Shown here: in pieces, positions 1-8,489 of the stretch | Numbering within the stretch: the stretch's first letter is position 1 | Layout: every line of letters starts with the position of its first letter | Virus record (IMG/VR): IMGVR_UViG_3300037245_001069 | Coordinates: 1 to 60,408 of that record | Length of the DNA stretch: 60,408 bases | Strand: one strand, 5' to 3' | DNA from: a virus | Taxonomy: Duplodnaviria > Caudoviricetes | Made by a program: the position numbers and the translations under genes | Notes under the pieces: model-generated | The model's input: only the letters and a program-made list of their open reading frames with translations | What the model was told of the DNA's origin: nothing | Database searches by the model: none

Positions 1-80
1 AATGAAGGAAAATCCGATCTACTTCGGGGCTGGACTTGCTATATTCGCAGGATTGACAAAAGAAGTAATCTGGGATAAGA
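1..80. repeat. Terminal direct repeat, left copy (circular assembly overlap)
   Basis: 1-80 is identical to 60329-60408. Confidence 0.97.
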
Positions 81-187
81 AGATGGGTAAAGGCACACCG
101 AGTCAGATGGACTTTCTATTTACCGCAATTGGGGCTATTTTAGGAGGTGGATTATTCCAATTTGTTGTATATACTTTTATAATATAA
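2..187 (+). CDS. 3' part of a small membrane protein that starts at 60240 and wraps across the contig end
   Basis: In frame with MKITKDKKLHFVLGFLIA... at 60240 through the terminal repeat; hydrophobic helices, KE..WD motif. Confidence 0.8.
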   Translation: MKENPIYFGAGLAIFAGLTKEVIWDKKMGKGTPSQMDFLFTAIGAILGGGLFQFVVYTFII

Positions 188-366
188 TTTTATTACCTTT
201 AACATAATTAAAATAACATCATGACAGAAAAGAAAGAAAAGTTTAAGAAATTGAAGGACTATGAGATGCTGAAAGTGAAGTCCACCGGAAAGAAGGGCGA
301 TCCGGTTGCTTCAAGTTATTACGATGATGATGATAACCCAGGGCCAGAAGGACCGGATATCAAGTA

Positions 367-765
367 ATGAAATTAGCAAAAGCAATATCATCAATTTTAG
401 CAGTGTCAACATTTGTGTACTATCAGCATGTCTTTGTCACTACCGGAGTTAAGCCAAATGAATTATTTTTAGTTGGATCTGGCTTATCAATAGCTGCTTT
501 TGCATTTCTTTCAATAAACTGGAAAGACCATATTTCCATAATTTCGCTTCAATTATTGTGTAGTTCTTTTTTTCTTGCAGTTACATTTATCTATATCAGG
601 AGATGGATTGTAGAGGGGAATGGATCTACCAATTATTACACAGCGCTTTCCTTTTGTGTAATATTTACTTTTATTTATCTGGTATATCCATTTGTATGGA
701 AATACGTAAAACAATTATATTATTATGCTTCTAGACGCAAACAATCCCCTGATGAACGTAAGTAA
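367..765 (+). CDS. Multi-pass membrane protein in the lysis region
   Basis: About four hydrophobic segments, upstream of the endolysin. Confidence 0.65.
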   Translation: MKLAKAISSILAVSTFVYYQHVFVTTGVKPNELFLVGSGLSIAAFAFLSINWKDHISIISLQLLCSSFFLAVTFIYIRRWIVEGNGSTNYYTALSFCVIFTFIYLVYPFVWKYVKQLYYYASRRKQSPDERK

Positions 766-1063
766 TATTGACTTACTTGACTTATTACTTGCATGTGCAA
801 TGATATTTAGCAGTGTTTATTTTAGCAATAAATTGTTAAAACGAGATATAAGGAAGGAGAACAAGATGGAGCTTGATAAAAAAGCAGATAAGGAGCGTGT
901 AGAGTTCTTGCATGAGGAGCATGAGAAAGATATATCTGAAATTCGTAACAGCATCGAAAAGAACAGCAATCAGCATGGAATCCTTTTTAAAGAAATAAAT
1001 GCAGCCAATAAAGGAATTGCTAGAATCGAGGGGTATTTGAAAGCTAAAGAAGAAAGTAAATAA
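725..1063 (+). CDS. Putative holin-like protein (single TM plus coiled coil)
   Basis: N-terminal TM, C-terminal ARIEGYL; stop overlaps the endolysin ATG. Confidence 0.5.
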   Translation: MLLDANNPLMNVSNIDLLDLLLACAMIFSSVYFSNKLLKRDIRKENKMELDKKADKERVEFLHEEHEKDISEIRNSIEKNSNQHGILFKEINAANKGIARIEGYLKAKEESK

Positions 1064-1503
1064 TGGACGACTTACTTGTATTCGCGAAAACCCAACTCGG
1101 AGTTAAAGAGATTGCCGGAGAAAGCGATAATCAAACTATTCTTAATTATGCTAAAGAATCTGGTTTTAAATGGGTGAATGATGACGAAACTCCATGGTGT
1201 TCGATCTTTGTAAATTGGGCTTGCAGGAAAATGTCATACGAGCGCACTAAGAAAGCCAATGCTCGTTCGTGGATGGAAATAGGTTTACCAATACAAAAGC
1301 CTGTGTATGGCTGTATATGTGTGTTCAGAAGGGGTAATTCAGAATGGGAAGGACACGTTGGTTTGTTTGATGGTGAAGATGATACTCACATCTACCTTTT
1401 AGGAGGCAATCAGAGTAATTCAGTAAGCATAGCAAAACAATCCAAAACAAAACTACTCGGATACCGTATATTGAATAAAATTAAAACTGAAGGTCATGTA
1501 TGA
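1063..1503 (+). CDS. Endolysin, TIGR02594-like NlpC/P60-CHAP peptidoglycan peptidase
   Basis: DDETPWCSIFVNW, ARSW, GHVG and LGGNQSNSV motifs. Confidence 0.88.
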   Translation: MDDLLVFAKTQLGVKEIAGESDNQTILNYAKESGFKWVNDDETPWCSIFVNWACRKMSYERTKKANARSWMEIGLPIQKPVYGCICVFRRGNSEWEGHVGLFDGEDDTHIYLLGGNQSNSVSIAKQSKTKLLGYRILNKIKTEGHV

Positions 1504-1626
1504 TTATAATGTTACAATGGATCAAGTTGTCTGTATATCTTGCGGAGTTATTATTTTAATAGCTATCGGATTCATAGCTTGCTGGCATCTTGAAAGAAAG
1601 GATTTAAAACTTAAAAAAGAGAAATA

Positions 1627-1938
1627 ATGAGTTTATTAAGTGGTTTATTTAAAAAAGGTGGAGCAGTAGACAAGGCTATTAATATAGTGGACAAGGCTGT
1701 GCCGGACAAAGACAAAGCGAACGAGCTTAAAATGAAACTAATTGAACTAATGGCATCGCAGCAAAGCCCTATAACAAGGTATGTAAGGGCAATTATAGCT
1801 ATTATGTTTATGGTAGTTTGGTTATTCTTCCCTGACAATATGGAGGGGCGTGACGAAATGACAAAGTATATCATTTACGCAATCTTTGGTTTCTACTTCC
1901 TTGCCGATTTTACTATTGATAAATGGAAAGGTAAGTAA
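1627..1938 (+). CDS. Putative holin (3TM-holin-like)
   Basis: IVDKAVPDKDKA.EL motif, R.I plus two TM segments, next to the endolysin. Confidence 0.6.
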   Translation: MSLLSGLFKKGGAVDKAINIVDKAVPDKDKANELKMKLIELMASQQSPITRYVRAIIAIMFMVVWLFFPDNMEGRDEMTKYIIYAIFGFYFLADFTIDKWKGK

Positions 1939-1954
1939 CATCCAAAAATAAAAG

Positions 1955-1979
1955 TAAGCCGGAGCAATGTTCCGGCTTT
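1955..1979. terminator. Probable bidirectional intrinsic terminator between the convergent arms
   Basis: AAGCCGGA/TCCGGCTT hairpin between the converging stops at 1938 and 2007. Confidence 0.7.
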
Positions 1980-2006
1980 ATTCATACTAATAATAGAAAA
2001 TGCGAA

Positions 2007-2375
2007 CTAACAAGCATATTCGTGATTTACATTTCCAGAACCTTTTACACACATCCTTTTAACATGTTCTTCTTCTTTGAAATTAGTCCATAATGGATCT
2101 TGTTTCTCTCCAGTTAGTTTTTGAAGTTTTCTAATTTTCTTTCTGTTTTCAATTAACTTATAACAAGTGCTACATGTAGCCATGTTTCGAGTTCTATTGA
2201 TTTGAAAGAAGTAAAATGGTTTTCTATGCTCGTCATCCATAGCATCGCAGAACCAAAATGTATGGCCTTGGTCTATTAGAGAATCTTGATATTCACGTAA
2301 GGTTTCAATATGGTCTTTTGTAGCTTTTATAAATATTTTATCCATGATTTTAAAGGTTTCAGATGTTTTTAACAT
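2007..2375 (-). CDS. Hypothetical protein (CxxC)
   Basis: ORF directly downstream of the recombinase. Confidence 0.55.
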   Translation of the reverse strand: MLKTSETFKIMDKIFIKATKDHIETLREYQDSLIDQGHTFWFCDAMDDEHRKPFYFFQINRTRNMATCSTCYKLIENRKKIRKLQKLTGEKQDPLWTNFKEEEHVKRMCVKGSGNVNHEYAC

Positions 2376-2387
2376 GACTTATTCATT

Positions 2388-3218
2388 TTATAATCTTATC
2401 GCCTTCACAGGACTTTCAGTTTCTAATATATCGGAATCAATTATCTTTATGTAGTTGGCAGTTGTATTAATGTTCTTATGCCCTGCTATCTTCTGCACAC
2501 GCCTTAAATCAACACCATTCTTTATAAGCTGAGTCAAACATGAGTGTCTTAAACTGTGGCTTGATATACGCTTATTTATCCCTGCCTTTTTTGCACTCGA
2601 TTTTACGATATTTTGAATACTTGTTACCGAATAATGATTACCAGTCGCCCCCTCAAATAAATACGAACTAACCCTATATACTTTCCAATATTCACGGATC
2701 AAAGACAAAAGAGAATCATCCAACATAACAATCCTGTCAATCTTACCTTTCGAATTACGGATGTTTATTTTTGAATTTTTACTATCAATATCGTTAATCT
2801 TAACATTAATTGCCTCTGAAACTCTTAACGCACAAGCATACATTAACGCAATAACTGTTCGATGTTTTAGGTTTATCGTAACATCCATCATCGTTTGCAT
2901 TTCTTCAGTTGATAAAATGTCCGGCTGTTTTTGTTCTATCTTTGGCCTTGGAAGAATATCGTGATCGAACTTCCTTCCCTTAACTTCTCGGTAGTACGCC
3001 TTGAAAGAGTTGATTATTGACATTTGCGAGGAACTGCTTATGTTTCTTCTTTTACGACTGACAATATACTTTCTTAAATCTGTCTCATCAATATCATCAT
3101 AGTGCTTATTTAGTCGCAATGCAACGACCTTTATAACTCCTATGTAAGAACTGATAGTCTTATCACTTAGATTTTTAAGTAATAGTTTTTCTTCGAATAA
3201 TTCAATCTTTTCGCTCAT
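2388..3218 (-). CDS. Tyrosine recombinase, integron-integrase-like/XerC-like; likely start MSEKIE at 3218
   Basis: Full catalytic set LRVSE, SKGK, HSLRH, GH, ANY; SAM-like N-terminus; TACATTTG box 4 nt upstream of ATG. Confidence 0.93.
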   Translation of the reverse strand: MSEKIELFEEKLLLKNLSDKTISSYIGVIKVVALRLNKHYDDIDETDLRKYIVSRKRRNISSSSQMSIINSFKAYYREVKGRKFDHDILPRPKIEQKQPDILSTEEMQTMMDVTINLKHRTVIALMYACALRVSEAINVKINDIDSKNSKINIRNSKGKIDRIVMLDDSLLSLIREYWKVYRVSSYLFEGATGNHYSVTSIQNIVKSSAKKAGINKRISSHSLRHSCLTQLIKNGVDLRRVQKIAGHKNINTTANYIKIIDSDILETESPVKAIRL

Positions 3219-3254
3219 GAAACAAATGTACGAATATAAATTTATATACACAAC

Positions 3255-3280
3255 ATTGGGCTATACATTAGTTACCGTGC
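3255..3280 (+). other. Putative attI-like site, crossover G^TT at 3271/3272
   Basis: GTT core 53 bp upstream of the recombinase start, pointing away from it; GTTACCGTGC is the exact reverse complement of 3382-3391. Confidence 0.7.
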
Positions 3281-3535
3281 ATTTTGCGCCTTTAAGTATT
3301 GGCACTTTTCTGGATTCGGATTAACTGAGCAAAAACCACCTATGCAATCTTTTTCATACAAGTCGCAAAACGTACCCTTCGGCACGGTAACAAAGTGCAT
3401 AGAAAATAATTTTACTAACTCCCCTACTTTAGGTGAATCAATATCATCATAAACTTTTGTCTCATCCCAATCTTTACGTATTTGCTCAATTGTATTTTCT
3501 TTGAAATACTTTTTTAAATTATCTAATATTGTCAT
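3272..3535 (-). CDS. Cassette 1 hypothetical protein (Cys-rich C-terminus)
   Basis: Starts in the attC-like loop, reads through R'' (FVTVP), stop TAA supplied by the GTTA core. Confidence 0.75.
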   Translation of the reverse strand: MTILDNLKKYFKENTIEQIRKDWDETKVYDDIDSPKVGELVKLFSMHFVTVPKGTFCDLYEKDCIGGFCSVNPNPEKCQYLKAQNAR

Positions 3536-3589
3536 TATTTCTTAGTTTTTAATTCGTAAAATAAAATTCCATGCACAGAACGTTAGCGG

Positions 3590-3949
3590 TTATGTGCCAA
3601 AATCTTCATACCATTCTTTAAAGTCTTCAATATGCATTGTTTGGCAGTTGTCATAAACATCTTCTGCTTTTGGCAAACAACCGCTAACAACGTTTTTATG
3701 TAAGCTGTTTTCGCTCGTAGTCTCAGAACTTCCAACCGCACAAATCGGTGGTTTTACTTTCGTAATCATTATTTTTGCCATAGCACGTCCAATATCTTCA
3801 TAAGTCCATTTGTTTTTCAAATAAACTTCTCTATGTTTTTCGTACTCTTTTATACTTTCCTGTATAATTTCTTGTACGTATAATTTTTGTTTCGCTTTTT
3901 CAAGTTTATCCTTTGCAAACTTGATAATTTCTTTATTTTCTTTGTCCAT
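3590..3949 (-). CDS. Cassette 2 hypothetical protein
   Basis: Reads through R'' as NVVSGC. Confidence 0.75.
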   Translation of the reverse strand: MDKENKEIIKFAKDKLEKAKQKLYVQEIIQESIKEYEKHREVYLKNKWTYEDIGRAMAKIMITKVKPPICAVGSSETTSENSLHKNVVSGCLPKAEDVYDNCQTMHIEDFKEWYEDFGT

Positions 3950-4063
3950 CGCTAGTAAATTTAAAGTTATTATCTCGTATCTAATTTCTCGGTTACCGTA
4001 GGGCGGTCAACACATAGCAGCAACGTTGTAAACAAACTAACTCGCTAAGAAGCTCGTTTATTT

Positions 4064-4231
4064 CTACATGTTGCTATTTAAATTTTCAAGATCTTGGATA
4101 AAGCCCGAAAGAATGAACAGCTGGCCGCGTATCGCCTCTCTGTTTATTGGGTTCGATACTTGTTTCTTCAGATCCTCTAAATGGATTCTTTCTTTCTCGT
4201 ATTTTTCAATCAACTTTTCAATTTTATTCAT
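4064..4231 (-). CDS. Cassette 3 small hypothetical protein (55 aa, MNKIEKLIEKYEKE...)
   Basis: Manually translated; lies wholly in the cassette body between 13-bp inverted repeats. Confidence 0.6.
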   Translation of the reverse strand: MNKIEKLIEKYEKERIHLEDLKKQVSNPINREAIRGQLFILSGFIQDLENLNSNM

Positions 4232-4396
4232 GTTCTATGCTTTAAGTTAAAAATTTAAACAGATTCCAACATTCCCGAAATACCGTTTGTTTACAACGGC
4301 CTCGATAACCTTAACCCTACTAACTACCTGACCGCGAGTTAGTCAGTTGACAACAAACGATAAACGGAACTTGATCGGCAGTGGTTAAGTGCCGGG

Positions 4397-4570
4397 TTAA
4401 CCTTTAGAATTGTTCCCAGCCTTTTCTAAAATAGAAATAGTGTAAGTGACAGCATCGATACTCATAGCGATCGGTAGTGCTTTCATATACTCACTTTCTT
4501 TGTTTAAAGTATCCAAATCTTCTTCTAATTTAATTAACACTTTTCTTAATTCTTCAATTGCTTTTTTCAT
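4397..4570 (-). CDS. Cassette 4 small hypothetical protein (57 aa, MKKAIEELRKVLIK...)
   Basis: Manually translated; lies wholly in the attC-like loop. Confidence 0.6.
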   Translation of the reverse strand: MKKAIEELRKVLIKLEEDLDTLNKESEYMKALPIAMSIDAVTYTISILEKAGNNSKG

Positions 4571-4634
4571 ACCTATTTCTTTTTTATAAAATTCTTTCTC
4601 AATCCAGAAACTCCGTTTACACGACCATTATAGT

Positions 4635-4868
4635 TCAGTTTGCTTTTATATTCTTGCCACATATCGGACAGTAATTGTCATCATTGCATTTCACCCTTTC
4701 ATCATGTATCCAGTCATCGCAAACCGAAACAATAACACAAGGTATATTTAATGCTTTAGGCTTTAGCACTTTAATTAATTCCGTTAATTCGTCCTGCTTT
4801 CTTTTAAGAGCATCTTCATACTTTTTAATCTCTTTCCAAATATCATCAACATCTTTTTGTGTTTTCAT
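4635..4868 (-). CDS. Cassette 5 protein: coiled coil plus C-terminal zinc ribbon (YCPICG)
   Basis: Reads through R'' as NIPCVIVS. Confidence 0.75.
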   Translation of the reverse strand: MKTQKDVDDIWKEIKKYEDALKRKQDELTELIKVLKPKALNIPCVIVSVCDDWIHDERVKCNDDNYCPICGKNIKAN

Positions 4869-4906
4869 TTTGTGGTTTAATAATCGAACTAAACTTAGAC
4901 AGAACG

Positions 4907-5257
4907 TTAGCGGTCATTGCCTAAATTATGGCTATGTTCGCTGCAACTATTATACTGTCTGATAAATTCTGCAAAATCTTTTTCTTTTACCTCTATTGAT
5001 AAGTGTCCCCAATTGTGCATCCAATGTAAGAAGTTCAGTGCATTTTCGGTAGTCAACGAACCGCTAACATTTTGTAAATGCAAACCGCTTTTCTCGTGGG
5101 TAGTTTCGCCATCGCTCAATTTTGCGTATAGATAATGATAAGCCAAACTGTGTTTACCGTATGGCATATACAGTACATCTTTACCATCATCATCACATAT
5201 ACATATTTGGTTATTTTCAACCTGCCTAATTTTAATTTTTATTTCCTTTATTTCCAT
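4907..5257 (-). CDS. Cassette 6 hypothetical protein, likely start MEIKEIK
   Basis: Reads through R'' as QNVSGS; stop TAA in the GTTA core. Confidence 0.7.
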   Translation of the reverse strand: MEIKEIKIKIRQVENNQICICDDDGKDVLYMPYGKHSLAYHYLYAKLSDGETTHEKSGLHLQNVSGSLTTENALNFLHWMHNWGHLSIEVKEKDFAEFIRQYNSCSEHSHNLGNDR

Positions 5258-5332
5258 CGCGCGTAAATTTATAATTTTGTAACTCGTTTGTAGTTCGGTT
5301 ATCGCAGGGCGGTCAACACATAGCCGCAACGT

Positions 5333-5569
5333 TTAATGCAATTCGGCATCTATCTTGTGGTCACATGCAGTGCATATAATGTCAGTTATTAGGTATCCAC
5401 AAATTCCGCACTTGCAAGCCGAAACGCTAACAGAGTCTAAATTGAACTTTAAAACTTGTTCAGCTAATTCATCTACTTTCTGTTGAAGTGCATCAAAATC
5501 TTCAGAGGTACTACCAGTATCGAAATACTTGTTTCCTACTTTCCCATATAATTTTCCGTGATATTCCAT
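5333..5569 (-). CDS. Cassette 7 protein with C-terminal Cys cluster
   Basis: Reads through R'' as DSVSVS; stop adjacent to the core. Confidence 0.7.
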   Translation of the reverse strand: MEYHGKLYGKVGNKYFDTGSTSEDFDALQQKVDELAEQVLKFNLDSVSVSACKCGICGYLITDIICTACDHKIDAELH

Positions 5570-5614
5570 GTGTATATTTTTAATTACGTTTTAAAACTCA
5601 ACTTCGCCGGAACG

Positions 5615-5785
5615 TTATGGCTTACCCTCTCCGTGTCTAACTATCTGTGTTTCGTCAATTTCTATCCAGTAGCAATCATTAAGTTCGTCATCCCATTTGT
5701 TATCAAACCATTCAGCAATAGACCATGCAAAATCTTTCATTACCCAGTAATAACCATTTTCTCTTTCCTTCGCTTTTGTATCCAT
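5615..5785 (-). CDS. Cassette 8 small protein (56 aa, MDTKAKERENGYYWV...)
   Basis: Manually translated; stop TAA in the GTTA core at 5614. Confidence 0.65.
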   Translation of the reverse strand: MDTKAKERENGYYWVMKDFAWSIAEWFDNKWDDELNDCYWIEIDETQIVRHGEGKP

Positions 5786-5865
5786 AATTTATCGGTATTT
5801 AAAAGTTTCCACTAAATTTCAAGGGCGGTCAACACATAGCATGAACGTTCAGTTCAATTACCTCA

Positions 5866-6537
5866 CTACCTAAAGCTAGTTCCTTTTAATTCTATAAAGT
5901 TAAACATCTCAGCCATCCGATCTTTTATTATCGGCTCGATATTCAAATCTTCAGGAGAGAAGTTTGACGTAACGTGTGTTAATTTACCTCTCTGAAATAA
6001 TTCATACCGAATCATAAACAGGGAATGAATAATAGAATCTGCCTTGGTGCCATAAATTTTCTCATCCATTTCCTTTCCAAATTCGTCGATGCATAGTCCA
6101 TACGGATCTCCATTTATATTATATCCATACTTCATCACATTCCCATCTTGTTTGTAACTTTCAATTATTTGCTCCAGGGAAACACATAAATAGCCATTCG
6201 AATTAAACGGGAAATAAGTTACAAGGAATTTTCTTATTGAAGCCATTAGAGCCGTTTTACCGCATCCAAACGTTCCGTATAGATAAATACCCTTGTTTAA
6301 GTCCAACCCTTCATTGCCTGTAAAGTGACGTAGCATAGCAGTTAATTTAGGTGCATTCTCTTTCCTTACAATAAACTCTTTGCCGATATATTCAGAAGCA
6401 ACCTTTATAAATTGTTTTTTTATCACTACTTCATTTTCGTCAAAATCAATTAACTTACTAAATCGCGTCGAGTGTTTTAAATCTTGTGTTATCGAATCCC
6501 TCGTCTTTCCTTCTAGTATCTTGCTGATGTGATCCAT
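5866..6537 (-). CDS. DnaC/IstB-like P-loop ATPase (helicase loader)
   Basis: Walker A GTFGCGKT, Walker B LCIDEFG, THVTSN; paired with the initiator. Confidence 0.85.
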   Translation of the reverse strand: MDHISKILEGKTRDSITQDLKHSTRFSKLIDFDENEVVIKKQFIKVASEYIGKEFIVRKENAPKLTAMLRHFTGNEGLDLNKGIYLYGTFGCGKTALMASIRKFLVTYFPFNSNGYLCVSLEQIIESYKQDGNVMKYGYNINGDPYGLCIDEFGKEMDEKIYGTKADSIIHSLFMIRYELFQRGKLTHVTSNFSPEDLNIEPIIKDRMAEMFNFIELKGTSFR

Positions 6538-7210
6538 TTTCTCTTGGTTTATAAACTTTATTCATGTCAATCGCCTTTGTTAAGGTGGATTTCCAATCGA
6601 TTTCTTTTGATTTTGATTTTTTCTTATGTTTCCAGCCAGCTTCGGTTCCCCAAAAATTAGTAATTGCTTTTTCTACTGAAAGGAGTATATCGAGATTTGG
6701 GTTGAATTTTTCCTGAGTGGAGATCCATTCTTGATTTTTATTTAATTCTAAATGAACTTTAGATAATTCTTTCAAATATATTCCGAAACTACCCCTCCAT
6801 GTATTATCCTTATCTTTATCCTTATCTTTATCCTTATCTTTATAGCTAGAGCTTTGCTGTGGCATTGCTTTAGCATTGCTAGACTTTTGCTTGCCACCCT
6901 TAGAACCTGCTTTCTGTCTACGTTTGCGCTGTTCTGAAAGTACGTCAAATTGCTCATTTAGAAATTCTATTGATAAAAAGTCAGTGTTTTCATCGTGCTT
7001 AATTATTTCCAAATTAATCAGTGATTCAATCAAAGCTATGGCATCGTTAAAGCGTTTCTTTAGCAATGCTAGAGTAATGCTACAATCCTTAAACCAATAG
7101 TATGCACATATATCCGAAAATACTCCCTTTGTTTTATAGTCCTCTAAACTTATGTCTCCATTAAGCCATTCTGAGGCTGTAAATCTGAAATATGGTAATT
7201 CCTTTGCCAT
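6458..7210 (-). CDS. Phage replication initiator-like protein
   Basis: LPYFRF..SEWL N-terminus, RRQKAGSKGG and DKDKDK linker typical of phage initiators; upstream of the ATPase. Confidence 0.75.
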   Translation of the reverse strand: MAKELPYFRFTASEWLNGDISLEDYKTKGVFSDICAYYWFKDCSITLALLKKRFNDAIALIESLINLEIIKHDENTDFLSIEFLNEQFDVLSEQRKRRQKAGSKGGKQKSSNAKAMPQQSSSYKDKDKDKDKDKDNTWRGSFGIYLKELSKVHLELNKNQEWISTQEKFNPNLDILLSVEKAITNFWGTEAGWKHKKKSKSKEIDWKSTLTKAIDMNKVYKPRENGSHQQDTRRKDEGFDNTRFKTLDAI

Positions 7211-7241
7211 TGTTAAATTTTAACATTATTAATCAAAAAAA

Positions 7242-7403
7242 TTACAGATGAATTAACTCTGCACCTTTCGCTACTACTACAGCCAATTCTCCACGATTAA
7301 TCATTCGTTGGACTTGAACGGGATTAGTTGCATTATCCTTAGCATACTGGCTCTTTGAAATCAGCTTCTTTGGGTCAATATCTTTAGTTTTTATCTTCTT
7401 CAT
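7242..7403 (-). CDS. Small HTH-like DNA-binding protein (53 aa)
   Basis: Manual translation: LISKSQYAK...VQRMINRGEL. Confidence 0.55.
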   Translation of the reverse strand: MKKIKTKDIDPKKLISKSQYAKDNATNPVQVQRMINRGELAVVVAKGAELIHL

Positions 7404-7734
7404 AGTTAATATTTAACGTTTTAAAAGTAAAGAAAACCGGACTTCTCCGGTAATTCTTTTGCAATGTATTGAATTTTATTTAACCTACCAAATTAGAAAA
7501 TCCAGGATCTCTAAATTGTGACCTTTTATACTTATTATTCCAATCAATTATATTCATCTTAAAATCACAGAGACCGTGAAAGCAGATTACATCTGATTTT
7601 CCTTTGTAAATATTCTTGGAAAGGAATAAGTGCCCGTAAATTTTATCTTTACATTTTGGGCAAATCTTATTTATTTTATCGTGTAATTTTGCCATATCGT
7701 TTAATTAAAGTGTTATTTTCTAGGCTCCATAAAT

Positions 7735-8010
7735 TCAATCATAGTAAAGATCGTGATTAATACATATCAGGTGTATATCAAGTATCGCCCTGAAAGTCCA
7801 AGAATTGCCACTATCGTCGCTATTGAATTGACGAATGTATTTAGTGCCTTTAAGTATCCTATACTTTGCCTGAGTCGCTTTCACTACTGCTCTATACTCT
7901 GTAAATGTTAATCCAATTTCGAGAACGGGTGCATTGAATAAGAACTCGCAAGCATCACAGTTATAATCCTTTCGTGCTTTCGGTTTTGATTCGTGTATTA
8001 CTGATATCAT
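7735..8010 (-). CDS. Hypothetical phage protein (KARKDYNCDAC)
   Basis: ORF in the early operon. Confidence 0.65.
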   Translation of the reverse strand: MISVIHESKPKARKDYNCDACEFLFNAPVLEIGLTFTEYRAVVKATQAKYRILKGTKYIRQFNSDDSGNSWTFRAILDIHLICINHDLYYD

Positions 8011-8012
8011 AA

Positions 8013-8486
8013 TTAAAGAGTATTAATATCTACCCAACAACCTTCTGGAATGTCTATGGCGAAGTGCCATGAAATCAATTTTAATACAACTTTGTATGGG
8101 AGGTTTGAAAAATCTCCAGCCTCTAAACTGATCGTTGCATTTATCCATGCCTTTGCGCCTTCAACATTTCTAAAGCTTTCAGGTTCCTCGTCATAGAGCC
8201 ATTTGGATAGTTTATCTATCGGAATAAATTCTTTCCCATCGTTATGTCCGGGAACCTTTATTGGTTTGGTTAAGTCGGATAATGGGTGACATATAAATTT
8301 ACACTCATTACCGAGCCTCTTTCCAGCCGATCCTCCCTCGTAAGTCACATAGAGTTCACCTACGAGATAATAGAATCCATTTGATTTTGATCGCATAATG
8401 CCCACATAATCGACTTTGTGGTTCAGTATTTGAATTTCTAGACTGCCGGATAATTGGCAGATGATGTTTTGATTAATTGTTTTCAT
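8013..8486 (-). CDS. Hypothetical phage protein
   Basis: ORF in the early operon, HPLSDLTKPI motif. Confidence 0.65.
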   Translation of the reverse strand: MKTINQNIICQLSGSLEIQILNHKVDYVGIMRSKSNGFYYLVGELYVTYEGGSAGKRLGNECKFICHPLSDLTKPIKVPGHNDGKEFIPIDKLSKWLYDEEPESFRNVEGAKAWINATISLEAGDFSNLPYKVVLKLISWHFAIDIPEGCWVDINTL

Positions 8487-8489
8487 CGA

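Larger units (their letters stand above)
3272..5847 (+). mobile_element. Integron-like array of eight cassettes; core sites at 3271, 3582, 4025, 4338, 4627 (ATT), 4906, 5331, 5614, 5847
   Basis: Matching GTT.../...AAC inverted repeats, hairpin arms, a repeated right arm, and exactly one ORF per unit. Confidence 0.8.

Noticed and set aside
4000-5840. Three 19-bp repeats as a CRISPR array
   Set aside because: Spacing is 0.5-1.3 kb with ORFs between and no cas genes; better explained as attC-like right arms
6805-6842. Hexamer tandem repeat (DKDKDK)
   Set aside because: Ordinary low-complexity linker of phage replication initiators
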